Source: Trichoplax sp. H2
Taxonomy: Eukaryota
DNA length: 58,246 bases
Assembly (NCBI GenBank): GCA_003344405.1
Contig: NOWV01000116.1
Location: forward strand, 186,001-244,246
Direction: 5' to 3'
Below, piece by piece: positions 10,458-23,711 of the stretch. A program made the translations under genes and the position numbers. The notes beneath the pieces were generated by a model. It ran no database searches. It was not told where the DNA came from and worked only from the letters and a program-made list of their open reading frames with translations. Each line of letters starts with the position of its first letter. Within the stretch, counting starts at the first letter, position 1.

Positions 10458-13400
10458 TCACACGTACAATTCCTTTTTCCCATTAATCGTATCTACTTCA
10501 GGGCCAATTGCTTTGAATTCGACAGTAGCTTGATGTTCATCTGCTTTAGCTTCTTCAGTAGTGTATTTACCAGCATCTTGCTTTGATTTACGTACGTATA
10601 AGGCAATGATGATTCCAAGAACAATAAGTACGAAAATTATAATTCCAACAATACCTCCTGGCGTAACGTTAGCTTGAGCTCCGACAGATGGTAACGTAGC
10701 TAGGATTCTAGTTGGTGAGAGACTACGAATACTGGGTGTAGGAGTACCAGTCCAATAACTAATACTACTAGTACAAACTCCTGAAATTGGATCACGACCT
10801 TGCGAGTTGCGAATAAATGTCACTGAATTGTTTCTGGGTATACTGAAGGCCAAATTCATAATTCGGATTCCAACGAAAGAAATATCATTAATACACATCG
10901 ATACTGAAATATCGTTATTAGAGCTTCCTAATACGACGATGGGCAAATTGAGAACTGATAAACCAACATTGCTGCGCACAAGGCTGGTAACTCCATCGAT
11001 GCTGATAGTATCATCAGTTGGGCTGATTATTACTTTATGCAATTTGGTATCACTTAGAATGCCTCGTAGCGTAACACGCATATTACCAACGGATACGTAT
11101 CCTTCACCATTCACTAGTCCAAATTCCATCTGTTGTCCACTTCTTGTTTGAACATGAAATATTCTACAGTTCGATGAATTAGTAACAAAAGTAAAACTGA
11201 TATCCTCACGTCCATTTGGGAGACGCGGCAAAATGTTCGAAGCTTTGTATTCAATTACATTGTTACCAGAGAAATGAGCTCCCTTTGCTGATCAAATAGA
11301 AAAATCAAACAATCACACAATTGCCATTTAGACCGTAATAGTATTATATAAATAATTATCCAACATGTATTATACATGGGTACTATTCTAACGTCTATCA
11401 AGCTTCAGTATTATACAATCTACGAATTGCAGTCTGCAACAAATTTCTTAAGGTAGAATCAGTATCGTTATAATAATAAACATACGTGCTTCACATCTTT
11501 CTCCAGTCCAATCAGTATTAGTGCAATCACATCGGAAGCTACTGTAGTTTCCAGTACATGGTGTATTGTGCTGACAAGGTAGAAAGAAGCAGGCCTTTCC
11601 ACATCCATTCTTTACCCCTTGGAAAGCAGCAGCAAATGAATCAAGATGTTGCAAGCTTTCGCTAATATACAAACTACCGATACATCCAATAAAGCCATTC
11701 GACGGCCTGGTCATGAGTAAACAAAAAGCAAACGCGAAAACATTACATATACATTTAGTAGCACTTCTTATAAGATAATACGAATAAATAAGTACAACAT
11801 CGCACAAGAAATTTAAAAGGTGTCACATTTGAACCAATTCACAATTTCCATTTACCTCTGTGGGTTATAACCAACGAACAATGGACCATCAATATCAAGT
11901 CTTGCTACCTGATGTGATTGTTGAAAAGTACGAAATACTTCTGGCAGGCTATCTACTCTTAAACTGACTCGACTCGGAGAAAAAAATAGCCGAACCCTAT
12001 GCCATTGATCATCGTTGTAGCGAGTATTAGCGGCACTATTGACAGTTAAGGTAGCATTATCGATACCTTGTCCTAAATTATACTGCATCTGTACAGCAGA
12101 CGACTGTACGGACAATTCGAAGAAATCTCCAGTTCTACCGACATTTTTTAACAATGTACCATTAGCCACAGTTGATTTAAAGGCTATGTCTATTATGCCT
12201 TTAAACGAATTCTGCCAGTCTGGTAACTCTATCCTTGATGCTCTTGTTGTAAACGTGATGATATGGTTAGGAGCAGCTGTAGAAATGGTTCAAGGTTAAC
12301 AGATATTAGTATAATATTGCGTACTTACTAATAACAACTTGTTAAGAGCTTTCTAAAAAGCTTATTGCATTATTAAGACATTCGTTTAATGTAGTCCTTT
12401 TCATACCGTTTCCTCTGCAAATCAGTTTACCAACACTATATATACCAATTCTGCTACTGTCCAGCGATTCGAAGCCAAATCTCACTTGTTTAACTGGAAG
12501 GTATCTCTTATCGTTTAAAGAACCACTGTCTGTCAGCACGGTATTACCAAAATTACCATCACAGTTACACATTTTGGTTCTATTAGCACAACTTCCGGTA
12601 ACACCACAAGCACATTTACGTGAATCAGCGGGCGCTCCACCCCAGCTAACCATTTTCATGTTATTTCTTGATACCCACCATCCATATGGCGTATTCGGGG
12701 TGTTTAGAAGAACAGACTTTTGACAACGATACACGATATTTTGGGAACAGCTTTCAGAAATATCAGCTAGCGCTGCTGCTTGTTTGATGGAAACATTTCC
12801 AAATTGCTGGCCTGTTCCTTCCTTATATATTAAATTATAAGAGTATCTTCCAGGACCAACGCTCTGACGTGAGGAAGGTAACACTGTCAGAGTTTCTCGA
12901 TCATGAGCTATTTCAGTGACAGTCTGCTGTGTGTCAGAACATCGAGTTCGAAATGGTTCTAAAGAGCCTAACGGACCATCAGGATCGATAGTATAAACTC
13001 CAGTTGTAGCAGAGGGATTGAACGTGAATATTTCTTGACAATTTCTGCGATATTTATCTATATTGGTAAATTGATCAATTGCATTACCGTTGTCATAGTT
13101 TTTAAATTAATCATTACAGTGTAAAGCAAGAGTTTATCGTTATTGTGCTAATTACAAAATACGTCGACTCGTTAATTTACATGGGATAGAGTCAATATTA
13201 CACTATTTATAATCTTAACTTACACAACTGACAATAGGTTCCTTCATAATTACTATTTGAGCCACAAATACAAGCGAATGAGCCAGGATTGCTAACACAA
13301 GTAGCGTTGTTGTAGCATGGGAAAAATGGTTGACAAAAGTTTTGAATGGAGCAACTGTTATAAATTATATTGTTACGAGCAAAGCTAGTATCCAACACAC

Positions 13401-16400
13401 TTCTTGAGATTCCATTAACCTTTAGATCTCGTATACATCCAATAAAGCCTTGAGCGTTTTGCGATCCAATTGTAATCTGAGGAGACTGTTGGATTGTTAA
13501 AGTTCGCTCAAAGGCAACGGAGCCAAAATCGTTATCAATGTATACACGAAAGCTTGTCGATGAGCTTATCATTCGAAATTGATGCCATGACCCATCATTA
13601 AGTCTTGGCTGAAAGACATGTGTATCCGTTGTACCCACTTGCAACATTGTTGCAATTCCAGATGTCAGACTAATCACAGCACTGTAAGTTGCCTTAATGT
13701 AGACTAACTCGCGGCTACGGCCACTGTCTGTAGTACGAAACCAAAAATCAAACGAGTAATCGAACAAGCCGCTTGGTGATATATTAATGATAAGTCTTGA
13801 AGATTGCGATTGCAGATGGGATGCAATATAAGGCGCAGTTGTGACACATCCTTGATTGACACCTGCAGATACACCATAAGGAAACTGTCCAAATAAATTT
13901 TGCAAGACAGTAATTCCGTTAAACACCAAATCACGTAAACAACCGCTAAAGTTGCGAGAGCTCGAGATGGTGTCAACGGTATCGTTCGTTCTTGGAAAAC
14001 CACCAACATAAATCATATCATCGATTGTAATTTCATCTACACCACTTAGACCAGATCTTCTATCATGAGCTGAATTAACATTGTCAACAGTTAAGATTCC
14101 AAAGTGTTTGTTCCGTGAAAAACTTACCAGATGCCATGCGTTATCCGAAATTTTCACTCCATTGTTGATAATGTATTCTGATGTCGTCATATGCCTAAAT
14201 TGAATTCTCAATCTCAAGTATCCTGACTTCAATTCAAGTATCAAATAGTTATCAGTTCCATTAGCCATTAAAATAATGCCATCGGTAGAAAAAGTCCTAA
14301 CACCAAACGAAATATCGTTCTTTTCAGATGTAATTACGCGATTCTCAGATGCATCATAATATCCGTAACCGAATCCATTGAAGGTAATAAGAGATTCTAT
14401 TATCAATAATATTAAAAAGGTGTACAATATTTAATATAGGTGAAGTAGTTCAAATACATATGAAAGATACTATAAAGCAATGACAATTAAGAATGTGTAC
14501 GTAAATAGGTATTCTGTAGATTAAACGAAAATACTTTTGTACAGCAACTGTCAGATCTATTTGATACAACTCAGGCAGAAGGAGCAACCGTAGGCTTTCT
14601 ACGATTGAATCTTTATTGCTCCAGTTATTTACTATTTTTATCCCTTAGAATGATGCCAACTGAAATCAGTACGATAGCGTAGTTAGTTACATTAATTGAT
14701 AAACTAACCGCTTTACACTGTATTCTTTCTTTGCTTTCTGATTCTTAAAAGACCTCGAATGTGATACAGCACAATTTGTTATATACAGTAAGCTGGCAGC
14801 GATTACATGTACTGAAGGCCTGTGCTTTCATCCCTGATACTCATAAATTTGATCACATAGGAGACTAATACGTAACTTTTCTCTGCACTATAGCATTATA
14901 ACTGTTTCCGCATTGTCTCATTCTTAAAGGCAATTAATATATTATTGCATAAAAAAGTGAGATTGTTTCCATTACTGCAAACTGATCATGAACAAGAAAC
15001 AACAGCGTTGCATACTGAAACTTTTAAAAGATCACGCAATTTATAATTCACCATAAACCGCTGATGTAACACTATCTCCTGTCCTTTCAAATTTTAAAAA
15101 ATTTAACCAATAATAATTATTTTATCTTTTCATGCAAATTCCAAAAGAAACTACCCAATGCCACGAGATTCAGTATATTTAATAAACGGTTAAATAATAG
15201 GCTATACGCCATAATTTTATAAACCGCGGAATTGCTAGCAACGCCTTTTCTGCAAGTGGTTTAAAGGTTATATATTTTGCTATCTACTAATATGCTAAAT
15301 ACAAAATCATGATTTCTTTTGAGACGTTAATATGAATAATCAAGGGTTATCCCGGACAAAATGAGGTTATCTATTGGACAAGTAATGCAACTAAATTTTA
15401 ACAGTTAAATTACGGAAGAGAGAGGAAAACTTTGATTTTTTTATGTAGAATTTGATTTATGAGCATAGATTAGCTATAACGTGTATAATTGGATTAAGAG
15501 TTCGAAATGTCAATCAATATGTAATTACATTAAGATACTGCATGTCTGCTTATAAGTTAAGGCTAGACAATAAAATGATTCTTATACTGATCAAACTTGA
15601 CGTGCGGTTAAGTTTATGGGATATTAATTTAGATAAAATGAATTTGAATTAAACAAATTAAGGATAAGGCTACCGTACTTTCATTGTTATAATTTCAAAA
15701 AAGACAATAAAGTAATATCATTAACTAAAGGCAATTACTGTCAGTCTCAGTGCTCATGAAATAATATAGTAGCTTCTTTTAATCGATATGATACATATAG
15801 AAATTACCAATAGGCACGTTAGTGTTGAAACTATTTTAACATTTGCCTTTTAGTGATGCCATATAACTCCATCTATTTAATTATTTCACCAGTAAGCAAA
15901 ATTTATTCAATTTTTAACAACTTGAAGATAAATATATTGTTACGATGCTAATTCTACGAATAGTGGTATTTACTATGACTATACTTTATCTACATTGTGT
16001 TTATGATAGTCGTAGACTTTCGTATAGGCTAAGTTTCGATCTCGATAAAAAACGCGTTACATGTAATGATTAAATTATAATTGGAGTGTAATACAATAAT
16101 ACTGAATTTCAAGTATTTACTCAAGCGAAACTTGATTTAGTTAAAATTAATCGATGTGAATAAAATTTCTGTGGTTAGGATAGAATTTTCACGGACGCAT
16201 TTACTATTTATTGAAACAACGAATTTTGTATATCACAACGGTAAAATTTTGCAACGTAGTCAAATTTGGCATGTCGTTACCAAAAATTTATGTTTCAGTT
16301 AAGCAGGCGCATTTACATCGAAACTACCCCAGTGAAGATAATGAATTAAAGCTCCTACTATGAAAGTTTTTAACGTATGAGGGAAAATTCTTGTCAGTCT

Positions 16401-19400
16401 AATTGAATAAATGAAATACTACTTCTGTCAAAGTACCATTCATAGAACGTTTCATCAAGATCAGATAAGTGTAAACCGCTATTTTTAATTTAAGGCCTAT
16501 CCCAATTTTAAATTACCAGACATCCTTTTATAGTATTTGTTATGTAATATTCGAAGCCAGTAAAACTAAATTATCCTTAGAAAGTTATCTAACTGGTTTC
16601 TAATGTATTACTACCAATCAGGAGTGAACAAAAACTTGACAATGAACCTGGCTGGAGACCATATGAATTTGTCGTCTTGGCGTAAACATGCATCAGAATT
16701 TCGCTTGTTGAGTCTATTTACTGATTCATATCTATTGTTTGTAATTAGTAGGAGCCCGTCTCGACTTTCTAAGATTACCCATACTTGAATATCGTAATCA
16801 ATTAAGACATTATTAGGCCGCAGTCCTACAGGACTTACTTCCTATTATCTAATTCATGAATGACCAAAAGTCATTGCCTATTGGTATCATCCTAGTCCAC
16901 TTTTGTATACTATTACTATTGCCACTGGATTACCAGGATAAACAATGGCAGCTTGTCTTTACACTTGTATCTTGCTATTCAATAATGGCCAGAGATAGAC
17001 ATCCAGACTGTCCAATAACATTAGTAAAATCGTTACAATGGTATTAACTAATACGTCTTCAATGGAGAACAGTTCTATATTCAATGGCCCTTCGAATTCA
17101 GTAATTGTTCTCTTATTTCTATTGTCATGGTTAGCAAACAAGTATACTATGCTAGGACAATCATATTTAGACGTTGCACAATTGAACATCGTGTAATCCG
17201 TGAAAGTAATATCTAATCCGGTGCTTGATGGAACATTTACGTGCTCATTTTGGTTTTCTAAAATAGCAGTTTAGAATTACATCTATTCAATCGATCTTTC
17301 GATAAAGTTACAAATTAGAACTATCGGTGATTTTAGTCCTATCACAAAAGTGTACAAACTGGTGCTTGTAGAAAACGAACAAATAGTCTTTAAAAGTGTA
17401 TTTAGATGATCCTATTCAAAGCAAGGCTTTACTAAATTTGCGAATTCAATTCGACATAGTATCATCATAACTTCCGTAAATGCGCAATAAATGGATGATT
17501 ACAAAGTAATGTAAATTTATTTATCATGGAGGATAGCGGTTTGATAGTCAGCTTAATGTACTATAATTCATCTTAACGAATAGTTTTAGTAGTTTCATGA
17601 GCTTGTACACCTACAAAAACGATGAAAATGATTTGGATTGGTTGCGTATTATTTGTACCCCTTGGTAACTGGTTGGATCTAATGTTTAGATTGCACTATC
17701 GTGCTCTACTAACGTCAACCATCATAGAGCAGTATTGTAAAGCTTTTTAAGCTTTTCTTTATCTTCTATACATAGATATCATCTTTACTGCTGTGATTTT
17801 GTGAAGAAATATTTTTAATTAGTCAATTTTCCATAGATTGATCTGATCCTTGAATAATCATGATAAATGTAATATAAAATAACATTGTCAAGGCGAAGTA
17901 ATGCTTGCTAATCCATAACGTTATTGTCATGCTATTATAATGTGTAGTGTATTTTCGGACCTGTTTCTGCGACCACCCTAAGAGTTATTTAATTTTAATT
18001 CCCCCCGCTGACAGTTGAGAAATTAACCGCGTCTTTATATATATAACTACCAAGTTTCAAGATGGAATTATTCGTTGGTTCATATGCTTTTTTTCTCTTC
18101 AGCGTCATTTGTTAATTTTAAGCGTGCTAATTATTGTAATAGACATCGTCGTGAGCGCAATAATGCCTACTATCATTTCTGAGCTTTATAAGGCAGATTT
18201 TCACGTGGTGAACTATATGCTTTCGTATCCATATGTTGCAGTCAACTGTATAAATCAGCAGTTAAAAAGCTTCAATAGACGTTTAGCACTCATTTAATAT
18301 AATATCATACAAACCCAGCAAATTGTAAGATTGCTGTGATGAAATATAGTTCATTAGTACTGCGAACTAGAAATAGATGTCATGTTCCTTAAGGAACGAG
18401 GTCGTATAAAGTATATGCTATGCTTATGACGCTGAAAAAACAGGATTATCATAGTCTTTTTCGTGACCTATTATTTCAGTAGATGAGTTATTATCACGCC
18501 AATGTAACATTTCAATAACAGAGCAACACGAACGTGTATCCTAGTCCTACAGTAATATTTAATAGTCTGTCGCGAAATAGATAAGTGTGAAAAATATCGA
18601 TTATGATTAAGTTTGGAGAGCTAGCGTATTCTAAATTAATTGTTAAATGAATTTACGATCGATGGCGTAAGATTACTGCAGAAATTATTATATAATAGAT
18701 ACATTAATCAGAATGAGGTAATGAAAAGAAAACAACCATTCAAGAAAACTTATGCCTTACTGCTTCTACTAAATGTAATTAATTAATTAATAAGCTATCA
18801 TACTAAGGTAAAATGTTGGCAACAGCTTTGGTAATGCTAACTTGAATGATAACTTTACGTCTCGCTTCAGATCGAAAGATCTTTCGTAATTACATAGCAA
18901 AATTTAATGAATCAGACGATAGCTTTGCGTGTAATATACTATTGATATTGATTTTCTCTTCTTATACTAACATCACAAAGTTTTACTGAAGTGTAATTAA
19001 ACACTTAACTTAAGCTTGAAAATTGTAATTTATCATAAAGGATAGCACCCTCATATCTTTCACTTATATTGAGCAATATCGATCATGCCCGTGCTTGTCA
19101 ACACACATTTATATATTTTTTCAAATTATTGAACAAAGATAGCATACAAGATATACAGTACATTTTATGGGAGCTTGGAGTATTGCCCCAAATCTACACA
19201 GATATTATTACTTCCCTACAATTCTACGAATACTATGGGCAAGGTTTAAGGAAAAAGATCCAATGCTAAAAAGGGTGACGAAGCTTTCATCAGTTATAAG
19301 GTAGATGTACACTGTACAGTACGTATCATATGTGACTCATAGAGACACAATCAAGGTGCTAATTGCGAGCCGCTTTATCAAATATTGAACAATTAGAATT

Positions 19401-20712
19401 ATTAACTTCTGACTAGAAATTATCATTCTCCAACATTTTAGCGAATAGCTCGTAAAAAAAAGTGAGATCATTAGAATTTCGTCCCAAATTGGAAAAAGAC
19501 TTCCATTACGGATCTACGATCTAAAATTTATAGGCCCAGAGATATATTTTTCCTCGTCTGACGTACGTTAGGGTAGTACTTTTCAAAATTTTGCAATCAA
19601 AAGTCAGAAGGGTGGATAAAAGTGAAAAGTTATGCACTGCTGAAAGGCCAGAATGGTACACCATCACTAACTAGATACAAGTACCTAGCCGATCCTACAT
19701 CTTATTTTATACTTCATTAAAGCTAGCGTTACAAAACCAGTTCAACATCAGCCTTAAAATTGTCGAAGAACGAAGTGATGCGTTAGTGCTAGGGTAATAT
19801 CTATGTCAACCTACGCAATAATGTAATACCGCTATTATAATTCAATTTTATTACCACAGCCCTTATACCGGATTCAATAAAACGTCGTAAAGACTGCAGT
19901 TTAAGCCGTCAATAACCGATAAAATTTCAATTTTGAATGTTTCAAGGCTACGGATTGGAAAAAAAGGCGCATTCCTAGTAACAGTTGCGTGGCAATATAT
20001 TATCCAGTATTAATCCTATCCGGTCACTGCATAAAGTGTTTGGTAAAGAGAGAAAATTTTGACTATTTCAGTTGTGACGCCGCGACGCGATCGCTCAACA
20101 ATATGCCATTGGCTCGTTGTTGGTAATCCTTCTAACTTAGCTGAATATTAAGTATGTTTGCCAAGCGGTTTTGATTTCAAGTATATCAATACAACAGTAA
20201 TAATTAATCAGTAAAACTAATAGTTTACATAGTAGATTCAATAACGGTTAACCAACACGCTAACAATGCCCTATTCCATTGCAAAAGTAAGCGTTGCTCT
20301 AAGTAATCAATTGCAACGGATTACACGGAAATTGAAGAAATTGTCAAACTCGCCATTTCCCAATTTTTCATTCTGTTCAAGATTCATGCAAAATTTTGTC
20401 AATGAAGAAGCCCTTTTAGTAAAAGCGTATGGGCCAGCGCTAGTTTAAACAAATTCGACATCATTCTTTCCTTTATTTGCCTTTGCATGGCAATGATTTT
20501 ACAAACGATCGTGAACGACTTCTAAATAGATTTAAGGCGACCGTTATCTAATTAGTCCCGTTAACTATAAGTACTTTGGAAGTAGAAGATTCCAATTTCA
20601 AGGTAGAAGCTGGGTAAAAAAATCATTTTATTCTATTTTACTTACGTCCTTGCGATACGCTAACATAGAGAATAACTATGAATAAACAGTCGAAAATTAA
20701 ACTTGATCTCAT
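10458..20712 (-). CDS. CNTNAP: Contactin-associated protein / Neurexin-IV-like transmembrane protein (6 exons, about 1120 aa)
   Basis: Minus-strand exons: 20712-20646 (signal peptide MRSSLIFDCLFIVILYVSVSQG), 14396-13224 (LamG-LamG-EGF), 13057-12407 (fibrinogen-like: NCQEI...TGVYTIDPDG...WGGAPADSRKCACG), 12276-11856 (LamG), 11706-11486 (end of LamG plus EGF), 11287-10458 (LamG, TM GGIVGIIIFVLIVLGIIIALYV, tail). All junctions are GT-AG and phase-compatible, totalling 3363 nt. The tail has a band-4.1-binding-like segment KQDAGKYTTEEAK and a PDZ-type end KKELYV. The link to exon 1 is less certain than exons 2-6. Confidence 0.9.
16600..17257 (-). pseudogene. Possible decayed protein kinase-like domain inside intron 1 of the Caspr-like gene
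   Basis: Acceptor attttag at 17258. Across frameshifts and stops the pieces read ..YHCNDFTNVIG..CLSLAIIE, KWTRMIPIGND, VGLRPNNVLIDYDIQVWV and DDKFIWSPA, in the order of kinase subdomains IV-VIII. No intact HRD or DFG motif. Confidence 0.33.
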
Positions 20713-21037
20713 CTTGCTGCCGATGACGACTCGATGTCGTTTTTCTCCCACTTGCTAGAGTAAAAAGATAAGGTGGTAATTTTTTCCTCCTTTTTGATGA
20801 ATCTCAAAATAATCCGTACGGATGTCCGTGCCAGCCGAGAAACGATACAGCCAAGGCTGAACGATCCAAGGGCAGTTCACCGTAATTTAAACACGATCTT
20901 TCCGATTGTACTGTAGTCTACCAGGCCGTACTGTACCCTTTGTTCATTAACACGGCTGAGGCATTGTTGGTTGTCGTGAGTTTTTTTGATCGTGCGCTCG
21001 CTCCGACGCTATGCACGCGTTCCTCTTATCCCTTTTG

Positions 21038-21045
21038 TGACGTCA
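21038..21045. promoter_or_regulatory. Perfect CRE palindrome (TGACGTCA) in a CpG-rich patch about 330 bp upstream of the Caspr-like start codon
   Basis: TGACGTCA at 21038-21045 lies within a locally GC/CpG-richer stretch (about 20800-21060). Function is inferred. Confidence 0.35.
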
Positions 21046-21095
21046 TCGACATCATCTGACTCATCAATTAATTGGAAGTTCAGTCACGGGCTTAG

Positions 21096-21434
21096 AATGA
21101 AAGTTATTGCCCCAATTACTGCTGACTACAATGCAACGCATCCGCTACTTCTTGCAACAAATTGGTGTATGGCGGAGTTCTTCCTTCAGTGTAAAACAGA
21201 CAGGTAGACTGGCGACATCTAATGTGTCTTTACACCGAGAAGAATTCAAAATGGAGTCATCAATGAAAGCCCTTGCCGCAATTACTGCTGACTACAATAC
21301 AACGCATCCGCTACTTCTTGCAACGAATTGGTGTATGGCGGAGATCTTCCTTCAGTGTAAAACAGACAGGTTGACTGGCGCACATCTACCGTGTCTTTAC
21401 ACCGTGAAGAATTCAAAATGGAGTCATCAATGAA
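21096..21434. repeat. Tandem duplication, about 166-bp unit, 2 copies
   Basis: Units start at 21096 and 21262 (aatgaaag...gcatccgctacttcttgcaac...caaaatggagtcatc) and differ at few positions. Confidence 0.93.
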
Positions 21435-22860
21435 TTGTACTGGCCTTGGGTCAGGGAAGAATCATTATGATGATAGAAAGAGTAATTTCCAAAGAATTGA
21501 ATAACGAACTGCAATCATGTTATACAGCAATGATGCTACGTGTAGACCGGAATGATTCCGCTTGCCCGGGTACCCTTTTGGATACTATCGCCCAGTGATC
21601 TGATAAGTAATTTCAGTCAAAAACAGTGAATTTGGGCCACTTTCACACTTCACTGCCATTAATAAATAGATCAATATTTACTCAAGCTACTCTAGATAGA
21701 GTGATGTGAAAAAGAAAAACAGAATGTGTAATTGAACTTAAGCAATGAGTAACAGACTTTGGATCATGATTCAGAAGACAATTTCTAAGGTCAATAGTAC
21801 AAACTGTCTATCCACTACAAAATTGAGGAAACGGTCGATAATGAAGTACCCGATCAGCTAGTGAGGTAGAGCTATCATCGGTATCATTCGTATTAGTTCC
21901 GTACAACGTGTTGCTAGTACGATTGTTGCAGTTTACTACTAGGACAGCACAGAGCAAGACGTGTATTATCGACTATCAACTAATATGTCAGGTCTATCAA
22001 CTATATTGCTAAGCTTATTGGACTTAGCTACTATTAGTAGAATAACTAAATTTGTTAGTATAGATATGGAACTAGCAAGCCAATGTAACCAATGATAATA
22101 GGGCAAGCTCACTCGCTTAGGAAGGATAAAAAAATAAATAATACGTTGAAACAGTAATTGCTTGTTCTACCATATTCAATTTTAGAGTAGAATATACTTT
22201 TTCAATGCCTAAGTTCGCCTACGTATGATTGGCGATTAATTTAGCTTGTCCATTGGAGGTTTGCTAAAGGTGTTGCAATTTCGTGCTACTTGGGAGCCCA
22301 TGACGTATTTACAATATTAACTTCCTATTTTCATTAGCTAACATGATGCCTTAATATCTACAGTAAATTGAAATGTCTGGAGTAATGAAAAAATGATGAC
22401 TTTAATGCATGGTTAATTAGCATTTCATTCGTGTTGTATTTCACAATGTCTGTAGAACTTGTACTAGCTTCAATGCAGTAATAGACGGTACTTTCGTAGT
22501 TAGAATGTCGTACTTGTCAATGAGGAAGGAAGGAACATGGAGAGCATATCGTGTGAGTAAATTGATTGCAAGCAGTTCTCACTTTCAATACTGTTGCTCA
22601 CCAAAGAATGTGTTTATTAGGGGACAATTTAAAAAATATATCTTTGTCTTATTAATAAGACAACTGTACTCTAAATGATGCTGTTTATAAGTCGACGTCG
22701 CGATTCCAATTCTTGAAAAGTACTGCACTTTTGTGTACATTATTGGCTTGTTGTATCGTCATTATCGAAGTCCTGATTCATTATCATATGAAATCATGAA
22801 AGCGTTGAAGGCGCTGCTATTGTTATAGATTAGTGATTACATAATAATAAATAAACAATT

Positions 22861-22892
22861 ACAATTATCATCATTATTATTATTATTATTAT
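22861..22892. repeat. (ATT)n microsatellite
   Basis: attatcatcattattattattattattatg. Confidence 0.7.
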
Positions 22893-23099
22893 GATCGCAT
22901 CTAGCGTGGGGCGATTTTGTACTTGATGATGGAAGTCGCAGTCCACGAGTGACCATGATTACTTATACGGGGTATACACTCTTTGAATTCAGGGTCGTTA
23001 GCGTGGACTAGACATCATCGTCTAATGGATAATCGTTTGAAGTAGTACAGTATAACGCGTTTTCAGGCAATAGCGTTTATTTTTGTACAGTAGATCGAT

Positions 23100-23711
23100 A
23101 GCAGTAGCAACGGTAATTCTTTTATAGGGACAATTGCGTTTGATAGAGCAAATTGAAGCGCCTTGCATTTTGGCTACTGTGCTGTGTGAAATTTCATGGA
23201 TGGTTTGTACCTCATTGGCGCAAGTACAGTACAGTCACGGACTACTAAAATCGGTCTTCTTTAAGTACTCTACTGCACACTAATGACACTATAGTGTACA
23301 GTACATACAGTAGAGCGGACTGACCATCAATCGTTGATCTGGTAAGTTACAGTACACTTATACAGTACGTACTGTATATTACAGTATATAGTACTGTATA
23401 AGATTGAGGAACGGAAATAAAAGCAGTAGCAACGGCAATTCTTTTATAGCGACAATTGGGGTTGATGGAGCAAATTGTAGCGCCTTGCATTTTGGCTACT
23501 GTGCTGTGTGAAATTTTATGGATGGTTTGTACCCCATTGGTGCAAGTACAGTACAGTCACGGACTACTAAAATCGGTCTTCTTTGAGTACTATACTGCAC
23601 ACTATACAGTAGAGCGGACTCACTCACCATCAATCGTTGATCTGGCAAGCTACAGTACACTTATACAGTACGTACTGTATATTACAGTATATAGTACTGT
23701 ACAAGATTGAG
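23100..23711. repeat. Tandem duplication of about 290-320 bp
   Basis: agcagtagcaacgg...gattgagga(a/g)cggaaata at about 23100-23419 and again at about 23422-23712. Confidence 0.9.

Noticed and set aside
10807-14009. ORFs 10807-11151(+), 12039-12299(+) and 13704-14009(-)
   Set aside because: Antisense or alternate-frame shadows of the Caspr-like exons.
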